Of a stretch of 34,899 nt of DNA, positions 16,661 through 26,450 are shown piece after piece. This DNA comes from Candidatus Thorarchaeota archaeon. Its GTDB lineage: Archaea; Asgardarchaeota; Thorarchaeia; Thorarchaeales; Thorarchaeaceae. Every line of letters begins with the position of its first letter. Within the stretch, counting starts at the first letter, position 1. The stretch covers positions 1 through 34,899 of the forward strand of contig PRDI01000027.1 in assembly GCA_003345595.1 (NCBI GenBank), in the 5' to 3' direction. The notes under the pieces were generated by a model. It was not told the DNA's origin. It made no database searches and was given only the letters and a program-made list of their open reading frames with translations. The translations under genes were made by a program, and so were the position numbers.

Positions 16661-17866
16661 TCACATCGGATTTGTCAGATCTCTTGCACTAGCCGTGATT
16701 TCTCTGACTGAAGCGTTTGTACGGATGGCTGTTGGCCTGAAGTGGGTTCTGCTCGCTTTGTACCCCGCTTCTCTTAGTCGAGTCATAAGACTAGCCATGG
16801 AGGGCGACTCCAGGCCGTGGAGGTCACATAGCGCATGTATGTCCACATATATGTGGTCCGCCAAGGCATTCTCCTCTCGCATGGCGCCCAACAGCTTGGG
16901 CACGCGTTTGTCGTAATTGTCAGGTTTCTTGGATAGGAACTGAGAGGCAGTGTCTAGTAGTGATTGGTTGTACATCTCACCTGTCCATAGGGGGCCTGCC
17001 AAGGACACTCTGCCTTTGCAGTCGTCTCTCTCGTGTTGAATCCGCAATTGAGTCAGACTCGGACCCAATGGCACGGTTTCTGTTCGCATACACCCTTCGC
17101 AGTAAACTACAAATCCCATGTTTCTGGCTTGATCATTGGAGTCTGTGCAGCTAGTCCTGATGTCAAGCCAGACGCGAATGTAGTGATCCGTACTAAGGGC
17201 CGCCAGTGGGTAGACTGCGCAGTCGTTCATTGCCGCGACGCTATATGCACGTCCGATTAGAAGGCGGACTGCAAGCTCATGTGAAAACGGGGCTCTAATA
17301 GATAGACCACCATACTTCCTGATGGCGACACGGGGCTGAGCGCCACACAATACTGGCATATCAGTAGCAGTTAGGCCGAGCATTGCCCGCTTTGGGCTCA
17401 GCGATTGAACTGCAGCGGTCAGGAAAGGAGCCGGAGATCCAAACGGATCGAGGTCGACGAAGTCAAACCTCTTCTCGCGAGATTCGGTGAGTAGTAGGAC
17501 TTTGGCGTCGCCTCTCTTGATGGTGGTCCTGTGTTCGAACCCGTACCTCTCTATGTTCTTCCTCACCACATCTAGGGCCAGAGGGTTTGTGTCCGATACC
17601 AACGCATGGAATTCTCCCGGACATTCGTTCAAGTATCGCAGGGTCCTGACCCCACATCCGGCAAGGGGCTCACACATCGCCTGTATGGGGCTTCTGTCAA
17701 GGTACGCCAAGAGGAAAAGCACAGAGAGATCCCTATTTACACGCATGCGCGGATTGTAGAAAACCGGCAGGTCCGATGTCAGCTGATGGCTGTCAGCAGC
17801 ATAGTGCTCTATGTCGGCACTGAGGAAAGTCGTAGTTCCCTCTGTGTACTCTTTCGTGGCAATCAT
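16661..17866 (-). CDS. trm1: tRNA (guanine26-N2)-dimethyltransferase
   Basis: PVFYNPRM..NRD, GCGVRTLRY, DLDPFGSP, TATD, HYIRV, GPLWTG, SRTHF...IRTNA. Start placed at ATG 17866. Confidence 0.95.
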   Translation of the reverse strand: MIATKEYTEGTTTFLSADIEHYAADSHQLTSDLPVFYNPRMRVNRDLSVLFLLAYLDRSPIQAMCEPLAGCGVRTLRYLNECPGEFHALVSDTNPLALDVVRKNIERYGFEHRTTIKRGDAKVLLLTESREKRFDFVDLDPFGSPAPFLTAAVQSLSPKRAMLGLTATDMPVLCGAQPRVAIRKYGGLSIRAPFSHELAVRLLIGRAYSVAAMNDCAVYPLAALSTDHYIRVWLDIRTSCTDSNDQARNMGFVVYCEGCMRTETVPLGPSLTQLRIQHERDDCKGRVSLAGPLWTGEMYNQSLLDTASQFLSKKPDNYDKRVPKLLGAMREENALADHIYVDIHALCDLHGLESPSMASLMTRLREAGYKASRTHFRPTAIRTNASVREITASARDLTNPM

Positions 17867-18049
17867 GGGGGCGGGCCAACAGACTCTCTGGCGCGCTAAT
17901 AAGCCGATGGGCATGCCAAGGTCGGTGTAGATTCGTCTTGTCCTCCTCTGGCCCACCGGTGTAGGCTGTACGCAGCAATAGTACCATTCCAGAACAGATA
18001 TCGGGATGAATACGCCGGAACAGCCAAGCACCACAGGAGCAGATGGCTC

Positions 18050-18940
18050 ATGAGATTCGGCATAACAGCACTTGAGTTCAGGCCCATTCTTGACCAAGTA
18101 GTCGTGGACGGCGTACCGGATTTCTCCAGGTTCGATATCACCAACTTGGTTCGGTTAGCCCTGCAGATTCAGCACATCAAGGTGATTGAGGTAACAGCAG
18201 ACATCGAGCATGTGATTCCAGGATCGCTAACTGAACAGTCAATCGAGAAGATGGTGCATCTCAAAGAAGAGCTCAAGCATGCATATACGGTTCACCTACC
18301 TATTTGGTCGCTTGAACTCTCGACGTTCAATGAGTATGCTAGGAAGGCAGCCGTTGAGTGTACTGTGGAATCCATCAAGTTGGTGGAGCCGCTTCAGCCT
18401 GAGGTCTACGTACTCCACGCAACAGGCGCATTGGCCGCCGAGTTCTCAAGACTGAAGTTCCCGAGGAGCATGGTCCAGCTGATATGTGGCTATATGGCAT
18501 CATATGCCGCAAAGAGCATCGAAGAAATCCTTGCAAAGACGGAGATTGACCCACGGAAGGTCGCTATAGAGAACCAAGAGTTTCCTTTCCAAATCGCGCG
18601 CGATCTGGTCGACCAGTATGGCACCAACATCTGCTTTGACACAGGTCATCTACTGACAAGGTACTCTGGTGATGAATCGGTGCTGGAGTTCTACAAGCAA
18701 CATCGTGACAGGATTGTAGAGATTCATCTGCACGATGGTAGCTATGAAAAGCTGGGCGACGACCTAGTCCACAAAGATCACATGGCACTTGGGCGTGGAG
18801 CTATGCCAGTAAGAGAGTTTCTGAGAGAGCTTGTGAATGACAAGTTCAATGGTCCTGTTGTGTTCGAGCTGGAGGCTGCAGAAGCAAAGGAATCACTGGA
18901 GAGAATACGAGCAGTTGTTCCCGAGGCTTTGAAGCGATAG
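18050..18940 (+). CDS. AP-endonuclease-2 / xylose-isomerase-like TIM-barrel metalloenzyme, CbiR-like
   Basis: YTVHLP, YVLHA, AIEN, CFDTGH, EIHLHD, DHMALG, VFEL metal-binding pattern. The specific function is tentative. Confidence 0.75.
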   Translation: MRFGITALEFRPILDQVVVDGVPDFSRFDITNLVRLALQIQHIKVIEVTADIEHVIPGSLTEQSIEKMVHLKEELKHAYTVHLPIWSLELSTFNEYARKAAVECTVESIKLVEPLQPEVYVLHATGALAAEFSRLKFPRSMVQLICGYMASYAAKSIEEILAKTEIDPRKVAIENQEFPFQIARDLVDQYGTNICFDTGHLLTRYSGDESVLEFYKQHRDRIVEIHLHDGSYEKLGDDLVHKDHMALGRGAMPVREFLRELVNDKFNGPVVFELEAAEAKESLERIRAVVPEALKR

Positions 18941-18960
18941 AAGTCCTTGTTGTCATAATG

Positions 18961-18967
18961 TTTAAAT
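18961..18967 (+). promoter_or_regulatory. TATA box of tRNA-Ile
   Basis: TTTAAAT about 48 nt upstream of the tRNA. Confidence 0.6.
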
Positions 18968-19014
18968 CGCGTTCTCGGTCTTGCGCCTTGGGAGCCCGTG
19001 GGCAAAGGAAAGCC

Positions 19015-19092
19015 GGGACCGTAGCATAGGCTGGTTAATGCGACGCTCTGATAAGGCGTAGATCGCGCGTTCAAATCGCGTCGGTCCCACCA
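19015..19092 (+). tRNA. tRNA-Ile(GAU), intronless; CCA encoded
   Basis: Acceptor GGGACCG/CGGTCCC, D-stem GCAT/ATGC, anticodon arm ACGCT-CTGATAA-GGCGT, T-arm GCGCG-TTCAAAT-CGCGT. Confidence 0.96.
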
Positions 19093-19134
19093 ACTTCTTC
19101 TCACAGCAAGTCGATATCTGACTGACAATCGAGC

Positions 19135-21021
19135 TCAGAGTTTCAGAGTGAATATGTACTCATCATTCTGAAGGCTCAGCTTGCTCTCAACGACCTTGCC
19201 AGTCTTGTGAATGAATGCTATCATCTTCCTGTTGGATGGGTGAACATATGCGATGAACGCATCAACACCCTTGCTCTTGGCAATACGCATGAGCTGGCTC
19301 AACAAGAAGGAACCTATCCCCCTGTTCTGGTACTCATCCTGCACAAGGAGTGCGAACTCAGCCTGATTGGTGCTCCTGTTCAACAGATACCTTCCTGCTC
19401 CGATGATTTTCTCGTTCTCGCTTTCATCATCTGTCCTGACGACTGCAACCAGAGATATGTCACGGTCTTGGTCCACGGCATAGAAGTCCTGAAGGGTCTG
19501 ACGACGCAGGCTCTTCAGCGGGGTCAGGAAGCGGAAGTATATACTCTCCTCGCTGAGATCGTAGAACAGGTCCTTTATCCTATCAGCGTCATCCGGGCGT
19601 ATCAGCCGGAATTTGATTGTGATCGGGCCATCTGGACCCTTGAATGACTCCTGCACTTCAAACTCTGAGGCGAAGTACGTTCCACGCACTAGGAATGGCA
19701 CTTGGTCCTCAAAGACATAGTGCATCTTCTTGGCCGCCTCTAGAAGCTGGTTTCTGAAATCAGGATGCGCGACGGCTATGAGCGAAAGCACTCGTTCACG
19801 TATCGTCTTGCCATGAAGCACCGCAAGGCCGTACTCGGTGATGACTATGTCTACGTCACCTCTAGTGGTGACTACGCCTGCCCCCTCACTCAGTCGGGGC
19901 ACAATCCGCGAAACCTGACCATCCATGGCAGTGGACTGCATGCAAATCACTGCCTTCCCGTCCGCTGACCTCGTTGCACCTCTGATGAAGTCGACCTGTC
20001 CTCCGATACCACTGTAGAATCTGTGACCGATGGAGTCGGCACACACTTGGCCGGTGAGATCTATTTCGAGGGCCGAGTTGATAGCGACCATCCTACGATT
20101 CTGACCAATCACATAAGGGTCGTTGACATACTCACTTGGGTGGAACTCGAAAAACGGGTTGTTGTTGATGTAGTCGTACAGCTTCTTTGAACCCATTGCG
20201 AAGCTGGCAATCACCTTGCCTCTGTGCAGGGTCTTCTTCTTGCAGGTGACTACGCCGTTATCGATTAGGGGGAGAAGGCTATCACTGAACATCTCAGTAT
20301 GCACACCCAAGTCTTTGACGCCAGTTTCGAGAAGGTTGTTGCATACAGCTTGAGGCAATGCACCAATGCCGAGTTCAAGCGTAGACTCATTCTCAATCAG
20401 TCTTGCCACGTAAGAGCCAATGAGATCGATTTCCTTGTCGACTTCTGCAGACTGGAACTCGCGAAGTGGTTCATCGAAAGGAACCAGATAGTCAATGTCT
20501 CTCACATTGATGAACGAGTCTCCGTGAGTAATGGGCATGTTCTCATTGACTTGGGCAATTACAAGGTCTGCACAATCGGCAGCGGACTTGGTTATGTCGA
20601 CAGAGATTCCGAGAGAGCAGTAACCGTGGTCATCTGGCGGGCTCACCTGCACAAGTGCCACATCCAGAGGCATCCTCTTTGTCTTGAACAGTCGAGGTAT
20701 ATCTGAGAGCATTATGGGTGTGTAGTCTGCACGTCCTTCAGAAACAGCATCTCTCATGTTGTCGTAGATGAAGAACGAATTGTGTCTGAACTGTGCCTGA
20801 AACTGTGTATCGGCCGACGGTGTGTCTCCTAGGGTAAGCAGATGCACAATCTCATTGTCAGCCATCCTGCTTGCACTGTTTGCCAGTGCCTGTACGAGAT
20901 GGTAAGGGACGCCGCAGCCTGTCCCCAAGAAGATTCGGGTTCCCCTCTTTATCTTCCTGATGGCATCAGGTGCACTCAGTACCTGTTTCTTGTACCTCTC
21001 GGTCCATTTTGCAGCCACCAT
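19135..21021 (-). CDS. Acetyl-CoA hydrolase/CoA-transferase fused to a C-terminal Pat-type GNAT acetyltransferase
   Basis: VSPPDDHGYCSLG, LGVHTEM (catalytic Glu), INSALEIDLTGQ, SGIGGQVDF. GNAT part has IRPDD, LSEESIYFRF, AEFALLV.DEYQNRGIG. ATG 21021 preferred. Confidence 0.9.
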   Translation of the reverse strand: MVAAKWTERYKKQVLSAPDAIRKIKRGTRIFLGTGCGVPYHLVQALANSASRMADNEIVHLLTLGDTPSADTQFQAQFRHNSFFIYDNMRDAVSEGRADYTPIMLSDIPRLFKTKRMPLDVALVQVSPPDDHGYCSLGISVDITKSAADCADLVIAQVNENMPITHGDSFINVRDIDYLVPFDEPLREFQSAEVDKEIDLIGSYVARLIENESTLELGIGALPQAVCNNLLETGVKDLGVHTEMFSDSLLPLIDNGVVTCKKKTLHRGKVIASFAMGSKKLYDYINNNPFFEFHPSEYVNDPYVIGQNRRMVAINSALEIDLTGQVCADSIGHRFYSGIGGQVDFIRGATRSADGKAVICMQSTAMDGQVSRIVPRLSEGAGVVTTRGDVDIVITEYGLAVLHGKTIRERVLSLIAVAHPDFRNQLLEAAKKMHYVFEDQVPFLVRGTYFASEFEVQESFKGPDGPITIKFRLIRPDDADRIKDLFYDLSEESIYFRFLTPLKSLRRQTLQDFYAVDQDRDISLVAVVRTDDESENEKIIGAGRYLLNRSTNQAEFALLVQDEYQNRGIGSFLLSQLMRIAKSKGVDAFIAYVHPSNRKMIAFIHKTGKVVESKLSLQNDEYIFTLKL

Positions 21022-21187
21022 AGGGTCACCCTCAGGTCTTCTGAGATATCCAGTGCAGACGACATATAGAGCTTTCCAAGTGGAGGGAGCCAAAGCCACC
21101 AAATTGGGTGATGCACGATTGGCGCAAGCCTTTTAGTTGGTGCAGGTGCCCGCCCACAATACTCGACACACAATTGGTGAGTGCTTG

Positions 21188-22471
21188 ATGTCAGAAACAA
21201 AGGTAGGCAATCGCTACGTCGTTGTACTTGGCGGTCTGCTGATTCAAGTCTGCCTCGGTAGCATCTATGCCTGGTCGTTCTTCCAAACTGCACTCGGAGA
21301 AGCATCAGGTGTGTACCACTGGTCAACAATACTGACGCAGTTGCCTTTCGCAGCGGGTCTTGCGTCATTCGCTTTCTTCATGGTTCTTGCCGGAAGGTGG
21401 CAAGACCGAGTTGGTCCTCGAAAAGTGGCCACATTCGGTGGTGTTCTACTGGGTGCAGGCTACATACTGGCGTGGTTGGTTGACATAGTGAGCGCTGGCG
21501 ATGTCACCGTGGGCGCCTTGTACTTGATCCTTACCTACGGAATCATTGGCGGGGCAGGCATTGGCTTTGGGTACGTCTGTCCGATAGCATCCCTTGTAAA
21601 GTGGTTCCCTGACAAGAAAGGCGCAATCACAGGTATCGCTGTATTTGGATTCGGTGCTGGCGCGTTGATCATTGGTTATGCAGAACAGTATCTCCTTGGG
21701 GTATTCCAAGCACCTGCTACTAACTCAATCGGAGGCCCATTCCTCATATTGGGAGTTGTCTATCTCATCGGTGTTACTGTTGGTGCCCAGGTTCTGAAGA
21801 ATCCTCCTCCCGGGTGGACATGCCCCGGCTATACTCCTCCTACAACTACTGCTGACGGCAAGGGACTGAGCATCATGCCCGGACAGATGATTCGGACTGG
21901 TGGTTTCTGGCTTCTATGGACAATGTTTGTCCTTGCTGCTACGGCAGGTTTGATGACGTTGGGAAATGTAAAGAGTGCAGCCATAGCGATTGATCCCTCC
22001 GCCGTGAGCTGGGCCGCCGTGATTCTGGGTGTCATGTCATTATGCAATGCCGCAGGACGAATCGTCTGGGGTGCAGTTTCTGACCGCTTGGGACGCGAGA
22101 ACACGATGCTATGCATGTTTAGTCTTCTCGCTGTGGCGATGTTCGTCTTCTCATACATGTCAACTATCAGCATCAGCTGGGTTGCAGTGATGGGTGTCGC
22201 CTCTGTGGTCGGCTTCTGCTTTGGCGGCAACTTCTCACTGTTCCCGTCTGCAACTGCTGACCTCTATGGTTCCAAGAACGTCGGCAAGAACTATGGTGTG
22301 GTCTTCACATCCTATGGTATTGCCGGCATTCTGGGCGGCTTGGTCGCTGGTCTCTTTGTGGGCTGGACAGGCAGCTACATGACGGCATTCGCAATAACTG
22401 GCATTCTAGCTGTCATGGCTGCCCTTCTCACCTTTGCGTTGAAGCGCGTTCTAAAGAAGAAGAAGGAGTAG
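21188..22471 (+). CDS. MFS transporter, oxalate:formate antiporter / monocarboxylate family
   Basis: CLGSIYAWS, QDRVGPR, KWFPDKKG..TG.AV.GFG.G, SDRLGR, YGSKNVGKNYG. About 12 hydrophobic segments. Confidence 0.92.
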   Translation: MSETKVGNRYVVVLGGLLIQVCLGSIYAWSFFQTALGEASGVYHWSTILTQLPFAAGLASFAFFMVLAGRWQDRVGPRKVATFGGVLLGAGYILAWLVDIVSAGDVTVGALYLILTYGIIGGAGIGFGYVCPIASLVKWFPDKKGAITGIAVFGFGAGALIIGYAEQYLLGVFQAPATNSIGGPFLILGVVYLIGVTVGAQVLKNPPPGWTCPGYTPPTTTADGKGLSIMPGQMIRTGGFWLLWTMFVLAATAGLMTLGNVKSAAIAIDPSAVSWAAVILGVMSLCNAAGRIVWGAVSDRLGRENTMLCMFSLLAVAMFVFSYMSTISISWVAVMGVASVVGFCFGGNFSLFPSATADLYGSKNVGKNYGVVFTSYGIAGILGGLVAGLFVGWTGSYMTAFAITGILAVMAALLTFALKRVLKKKKE

Positions 22472-22483
22472 TGTTTCGAGTCA

Positions 22484-22529
22484 GAGGTCAGAAGGCGTCA
22501 TGCCTGATGGCCTCCCTTTCTTTTCTTCT
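22484..22529 (+). terminator. Hairpin plus U-rich tract after the MFS gene
   Basis: GAGGTCA-GA-AGGC [GTCAT] GCCT-GA-TGGCCTC followed by CCTTTCTTTTCTTCT. Confidence 0.6.
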
Positions 22530-22641
22530 ATGCCATCGTGACTCCTATCAGTAGGCATCGGAACCTCGAGCCAGAGAGGTTTTTGGACAAGCCTTATATC
22601 CGTATATTATTGGCCGGCGCCCAAACTATCAGACCCACTGG

Positions 22642-24642
22642 GTGACGACCTTGTCCGTTGAGAAGAAAATCACAGTCACGAGCCACGAGCACAGGAAGTT
22701 CTCGCCTCCGAAGAGCTTCATAGATATGGCATACATCAAGTCTGCCGAGGAACGAAAGAAGCTCTGGGAAGAGTCAATGAAGAACCCTGACAAGTTTTGG
22801 CTCGACATTGCAAAGAAGCTCTGCTACTGGAAGAAAGTCCCAACCAAGGGATTCGACTGGAAGGATCCGAAAGGGGCCCGCTTCACTTGGTTTGAGGACG
22901 GCATCACCAACATGGCCTACAACTGCTTGGACAAACAAATAGAAGCAGGCAAGGGGAAGCAGAAAGCCCTCATCTGGCAGGGTGAGCCCGAAACGGACTC
23001 AGCAATCTTCACCTACGAGCAGCTCCGTGATCAGGTGAACAAGCTTGCAAATGCCCTCAAGTCACTTGGGGTCAAAAAGGGCGACAGGGTGTCCATCTAC
23101 CTGCCCATGATTCCCGAGCTGGCAATCTCCATGCTAGCATGTACACGAATCGGTGCTATCCACAGTGTAGTGTTTGGCGGCTTCAGCTCCGATGCTCTAA
23201 GAGAGAGGATTGATGACTGCAAGTCAAAGGTGCTCATCACGGCCGATGGCAGCTACAGGAGCGGAAAGGTGTTTCCTCTCAAGGACAATGCAGACATTTC
23301 TCTCAAAGACACGCCTACAGTTGAGAAGGTCATTGTTGTCAAGAGAACAGGAGTCGAGATCAAGTGGAGCAAGGGCCGCGACGAATGGTACCACGAATTG
23401 ATAGCAAAGGCATCCCCCAAGTGCGAGACCGAGTGGGTGAACGCAGAGGACCCTCTGTACATCCTTTACACCTCTGGCTCCACCGGTAAGCCAAAGGGTG
23501 TTCTTCACACGACAGGCGGCTACATGGTCTACTGTGCTAGGTCGTTCCTAGATATCTTCGACTGGCATCCGGGCGACACCTTTTGGTGCACTGCTGATAT
23601 CGGCTGGGTCACTGGCCACAGCTACATCGTCTACGGCCCGCTCTGTGCAGGCGCAACCACTTTGATGTTCGAGGGAATCCCCACTTACCCAGACAATGAT
23701 CGGTTCTGGCAAGTCTGCGAGAAGTACAAGGTCAACGAGTTCTACACTGCACCTACGGCTCTACGTGCTCTCATGAAGTTTGGTGAGGAACCAATCAAGA
23801 AACACAACCTCTCGAGCATCAGACTGCTCGGAACAGTGGGAGAGCCAATCAACCCTGAGGCGTGGATGTGGTATTATACCAACGTCGGCAAAGAAAAGTG
23901 CCCCATAGTTGACACGTGGTGGCAGACAGAAACAGGCGGAATTTGCATTACTCCATTGCCTGCTGCCACTCCGACGATTCCGGGTTCTGCTACTCTGCCA
24001 TACTTCGGAATCGATCCGTTGATCGTGTCGGAAGAAGGCAAGCCAGTCGGAGCCAACGAGGGCGGGTACCTCTGTATCAAGAAGCCTTGGCCAGCCCTTA
24101 TGAGGACTGTATATGGAAACCACGAGCGCTTCATTTCCACCTACTGGGTTCAATACAAGGACCAGAAGACTGGGCTGCCGGTGTACTTCACTGGTGACGG
24201 CGCTAGGTTCAATGAGGACGGCTACTACTTCATCATGGGCCGAGTTGACGACGTCTTGAAGGTCAGCGGCCACAGACTGGGGACTGCCGAGATTGAGTCT
24301 GCATTCGTCAGCCACCCCGCAGTCGCAGAGTCTGCCGTTGTCGGGTTCCCACACGATGTCAAGGGCGAGGCAATCTATGCCTTCGTCACGCTGAAGGCAG
24401 GTGTCGAGAAGAGCGACAAGCTGAAGGAGGAACTCCGACAGCACATTCGCAAAGAAATCGGTCCCATTGCCACTCCTGACAAGATTCAGTTTGCAGACAG
24501 CTTGCCCAAGACTCGTTCCGGAAAGATCATGCGGCGCATTCTGAAGAAGATCGCCTCAGGCGAGATCAAGGACATTGGTGATACGACGACTCTTGCAGAC
24601 CCATCTGTCGTCGATACTCTTGTGAAGGAACGTGTACAATAG
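22642..24642 (+). CDS. acs: AMP-forming acetyl-CoA synthetase
   Basis: [64 protein letters not shown] box at 22594. Start is GTG 22642 or TTG 22651. Confidence 0.97.
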   Translation: MTTLSVEKKITVTSHEHRKFSPPKSFIDMAYIKSAEERKKLWEESMKNPDKFWLDIAKKLCYWKKVPTKGFDWKDPKGARFTWFEDGITNMAYNCLDKQIEAGKGKQKALIWQGEPETDSAIFTYEQLRDQVNKLANALKSLGVKKGDRVSIYLPMIPELAISMLACTRIGAIHSVVFGGFSSDALRERIDDCKSKVLITADGSYRSGKVFPLKDNADISLKDTPTVEKVIVVKRTGVEIKWSKGRDEWYHELIAKASPKCETEWVNAEDPLYILYTSGSTGKPKGVLHTTGGYMVYCARSFLDIFDWHPGDTFWCTADIGWVTGHSYIVYGPLCAGATTLMFEGIPTYPDNDRFWQVCEKYKVNEFYTAPTALRALMKFGEEPIKKHNLSSIRLLGTVGEPINPEAWMWYYTNVGKEKCPIVDTWWQTETGGICITPLPAATPTIPGSATLPYFGIDPLIVSEEGKPVGANEGGYLCIKKPWPALMRTVYGNHERFISTYWVQYKDQKTGLPVYFTGDGARFNEDGYYFIMGRVDDVLKVSGHRLGTAEIESAFVSHPAVAESAVVGFPHDVKGEAIYAFVTLKAGVEKSDKLKEELRQHIRKEIGPIATPDKIQFADSLPKTRSGKIMRRILKKIASGEIKDIGDTTTLADPSVVDTLVKERVQ

Positions 24643-24653
24643 ACTCGATACTG

Positions 24654-24691
24654 GAGAGGGCCAAGCAAGGCTCTCTCTTCTCACTTCTTTT
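24654..24691 (+). terminator. Hairpin plus pyrimidine tract after acs
   Basis: GAGAGGGCC [AAGCAA] GGCTCTCTC followed by TTCTCACTTCTTTT. Confidence 0.65.
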
Positions 24692-24837
24692 GTCAATCAA
24701 TCGAGTCCGCCATATGTGGTGACCAGAACTCCTCTCTTATGAGAATAGGAGCTCGGTCATGCGATTGTCAGTGACAAGTTTTATCAGCCCTTTTTTCCAG
24801 CTGAGGAATGCCGGCGAGTCGTGGCGAGGACAGGTGT

Positions 24838-25416
24838 ATGAAGACAAAGTTGATGGTTGAACCAGAGGGAAAAGCAAGAGAAGAAGTCAAACTCGAGTCC
24901 TCCATTCCTCTGAACTCCCAGCTCTTCGATAAGTGGAAAGAATCTTGGATCTCTGGTAAGGACTTCAAGAAGTGGCGTAAGGCGAAATGGCCCACTGACT
25001 TGATTGGTGAATACAGACATGGCAAGATACTGAAAGGGTCGTACGTGACTCCAGCGGGTGAGAAACCGCTGAAGGGAGACGCATTTGCCTTTCGTTCCTT
25101 CATTCCTGATGGTGCCGGAGGCAAGAGGAAGCTCCCAATGGTCCTATACGCACAAGTCAAGAAGTATCTGACTATCGATTTCTTCTCAGCTCTCAAGCTC
25201 GAGAGAGAACAGGAGCAGCAGCTGGCGGCCGAGATTACGGCAGACAGTTGGGCACCGGTTGCTGTCTGGCACCCCAACGCGCTCGATGCAGCGGATCAGG
25301 CAGCCATGGGTGCAGTCCTAGATTACCTGATCAGATTCAGCAAGACTCTGTTCATGAGCGAGACTGACCCGTCTTGGTGGCCTACCTTCACTGAAACAGA
25401 GGTCTTCAAGGAGTGA
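24838..25416 (+). CDS. Hypothetical soluble protein (Trp-rich)
   Basis: 192-aa ORF from ATG 24838, preceded by GAGGACAGGTG. Fills the gap after acs. No family recognised. Confidence 0.7.
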   Translation: MKTKLMVEPEGKAREEVKLESSIPLNSQLFDKWKESWISGKDFKKWRKAKWPTDLIGEYRHGKILKGSYVTPAGEKPLKGDAFAFRSFIPDGAGGKRKLPMVLYAQVKKYLTIDFFSALKLEREQEQQLAAEITADSWAPVAVWHPNALDAADQAAMGAVLDYLIRFSKTLFMSETDPSWWPTFTETEVFKE

Positions 25417-25422
25417 ACTGTT

Positions 25423-26424
25423 TCAGCCATTGATAGAATCTCGGCAACACTCAGGTTCTCTCGGCGGCCCAATGTGCAATGGTGCTTTGGGGTAGTGTAT
25501 GACGTCAGTTGCTTTCTCTCTTAGGTGTACCAAAGTGGCTTCCAGATCTTCGATTCGGTGTGACCATGCAAGCTTCGTAAACACTCCCAGCGTCACTACT
25601 AGGAACAAGAATGTGATGACAAGAAGCACTGGGCTCTTGAACGTGATATCGGGGCCCTGCACGCTGGGGTCTGGGCCCACCTTGATGCATTCATTGAGGA
25701 AGTTGATCAGAGTATGGGCGATGATTGGCCCTGTGAGTGTCGCCCTTGAGCTGAACTTTTCGTAGTATGCACCAAAGAATACCCCTACTACTCCTGCGAA
25801 GAGGAGCATGGCCGCAGCCTCGGATGGCGAGAACTCTCCGTATAGCCCTTTCACGATTGGCCAAGCGACGTGCCAGAGGCCGAACACAGTCGCGGACAGG
25901 AGTATCGCTCTATTTGGAGTGAACATAGACCTTAGGCCATTCTGGATCAGGCCCCGAAAGAGAGTCTCCTCCAGAAGCGCGTTCGCGAAGAAGAACAGGA
26001 ATTGGTACCAGAGTATGTCAATGAAGAGGATGTTTAGATTCAGAGGATACGACGCATCAAAGAATGTCCCGTAGATCACCGTGGGAACGACGTCGAGCAG
26101 CAGATACATCGAGCATCCGACTAGGAACCCCAGTGCAAGCTGCATTCTGAACTGCCGTCCGTTCAGTCCAAGGACTGCGCCAACATCTCCACGTCGGTAC
26201 TTCCAGAATAGCACAGTCATGATGAGAAACGGGAAAACCTTTGACGGCAGTATGTTCACCCAAGTTTCTCCCAATCTCAGTACAAAGATGTCAACTACTC
26301 GCCATGCAATGGCTATGGCTAACATGGCTCCCGCTATTTGCAACAGTCCTGCCCGTGACCAGAACTGCTTAGTGCTCTTTGCACTGGCAGTACTGCTCAC
26401 GACAGTTTCGACCTCAGTCATCAC
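25423..26424 (-). CDS. CPBP (CAAX protease / Abi / Rce1-like) intramembrane protease
   Basis: EETLFRG, FGLWH and HTLIN motifs in a polytopic membrane protein. Confidence 0.9.
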   Translation of the reverse strand: MMTEVETVVSSTASAKSTKQFWSRAGLLQIAGAMLAIAIAWRVVDIFVLRLGETWVNILPSKVFPFLIMTVLFWKYRRGDVGAVLGLNGRQFRMQLALGFLVGCSMYLLLDVVPTVIYGTFFDASYPLNLNILFIDILWYQFLFFFANALLEETLFRGLIQNGLRSMFTPNRAILLSATVFGLWHVAWPIVKGLYGEFSPSEAAAMLLFAGVVGVFFGAYYEKFSSRATLTGPIIAHTLINFLNECIKVGPDPSVQGPDITFKSPVLLVITFLFLVVTLGVFTKLAWSHRIEDLEATLVHLREKATDVIHYPKAPLHIGPPREPECCRDSING

Positions 26425-26450
26425 ACTCGTCCTCCATTCGTCTTTCAGGT

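Noticed and set aside
17867-18097. 77-aa N-terminal extension of Trm1 in the ORF track
   Set aside because: It overlaps the divergent gene at 18050 and has no Trm1 similarity. Homology begins at MIATKEYTEG (17866).
18778-19128. 116-aa minus-strand ORF
   Set aside because: Antisense to tRNA-Ile and to the end of the TIM-barrel gene.
22484-22514. Tandem GA/GA hairpin as a possible SECIS or K-turn
   Set aside because: It lacks the AUGA core, long helix II and 3-nt bulge, and no adjacent gene has a plausible in-frame Sec UGA.
23761-24444. Long antisense ORFs over acs and similar ones over other genes
   Set aside because: Shadow frames of well-supported genes, with no motifs of their own.
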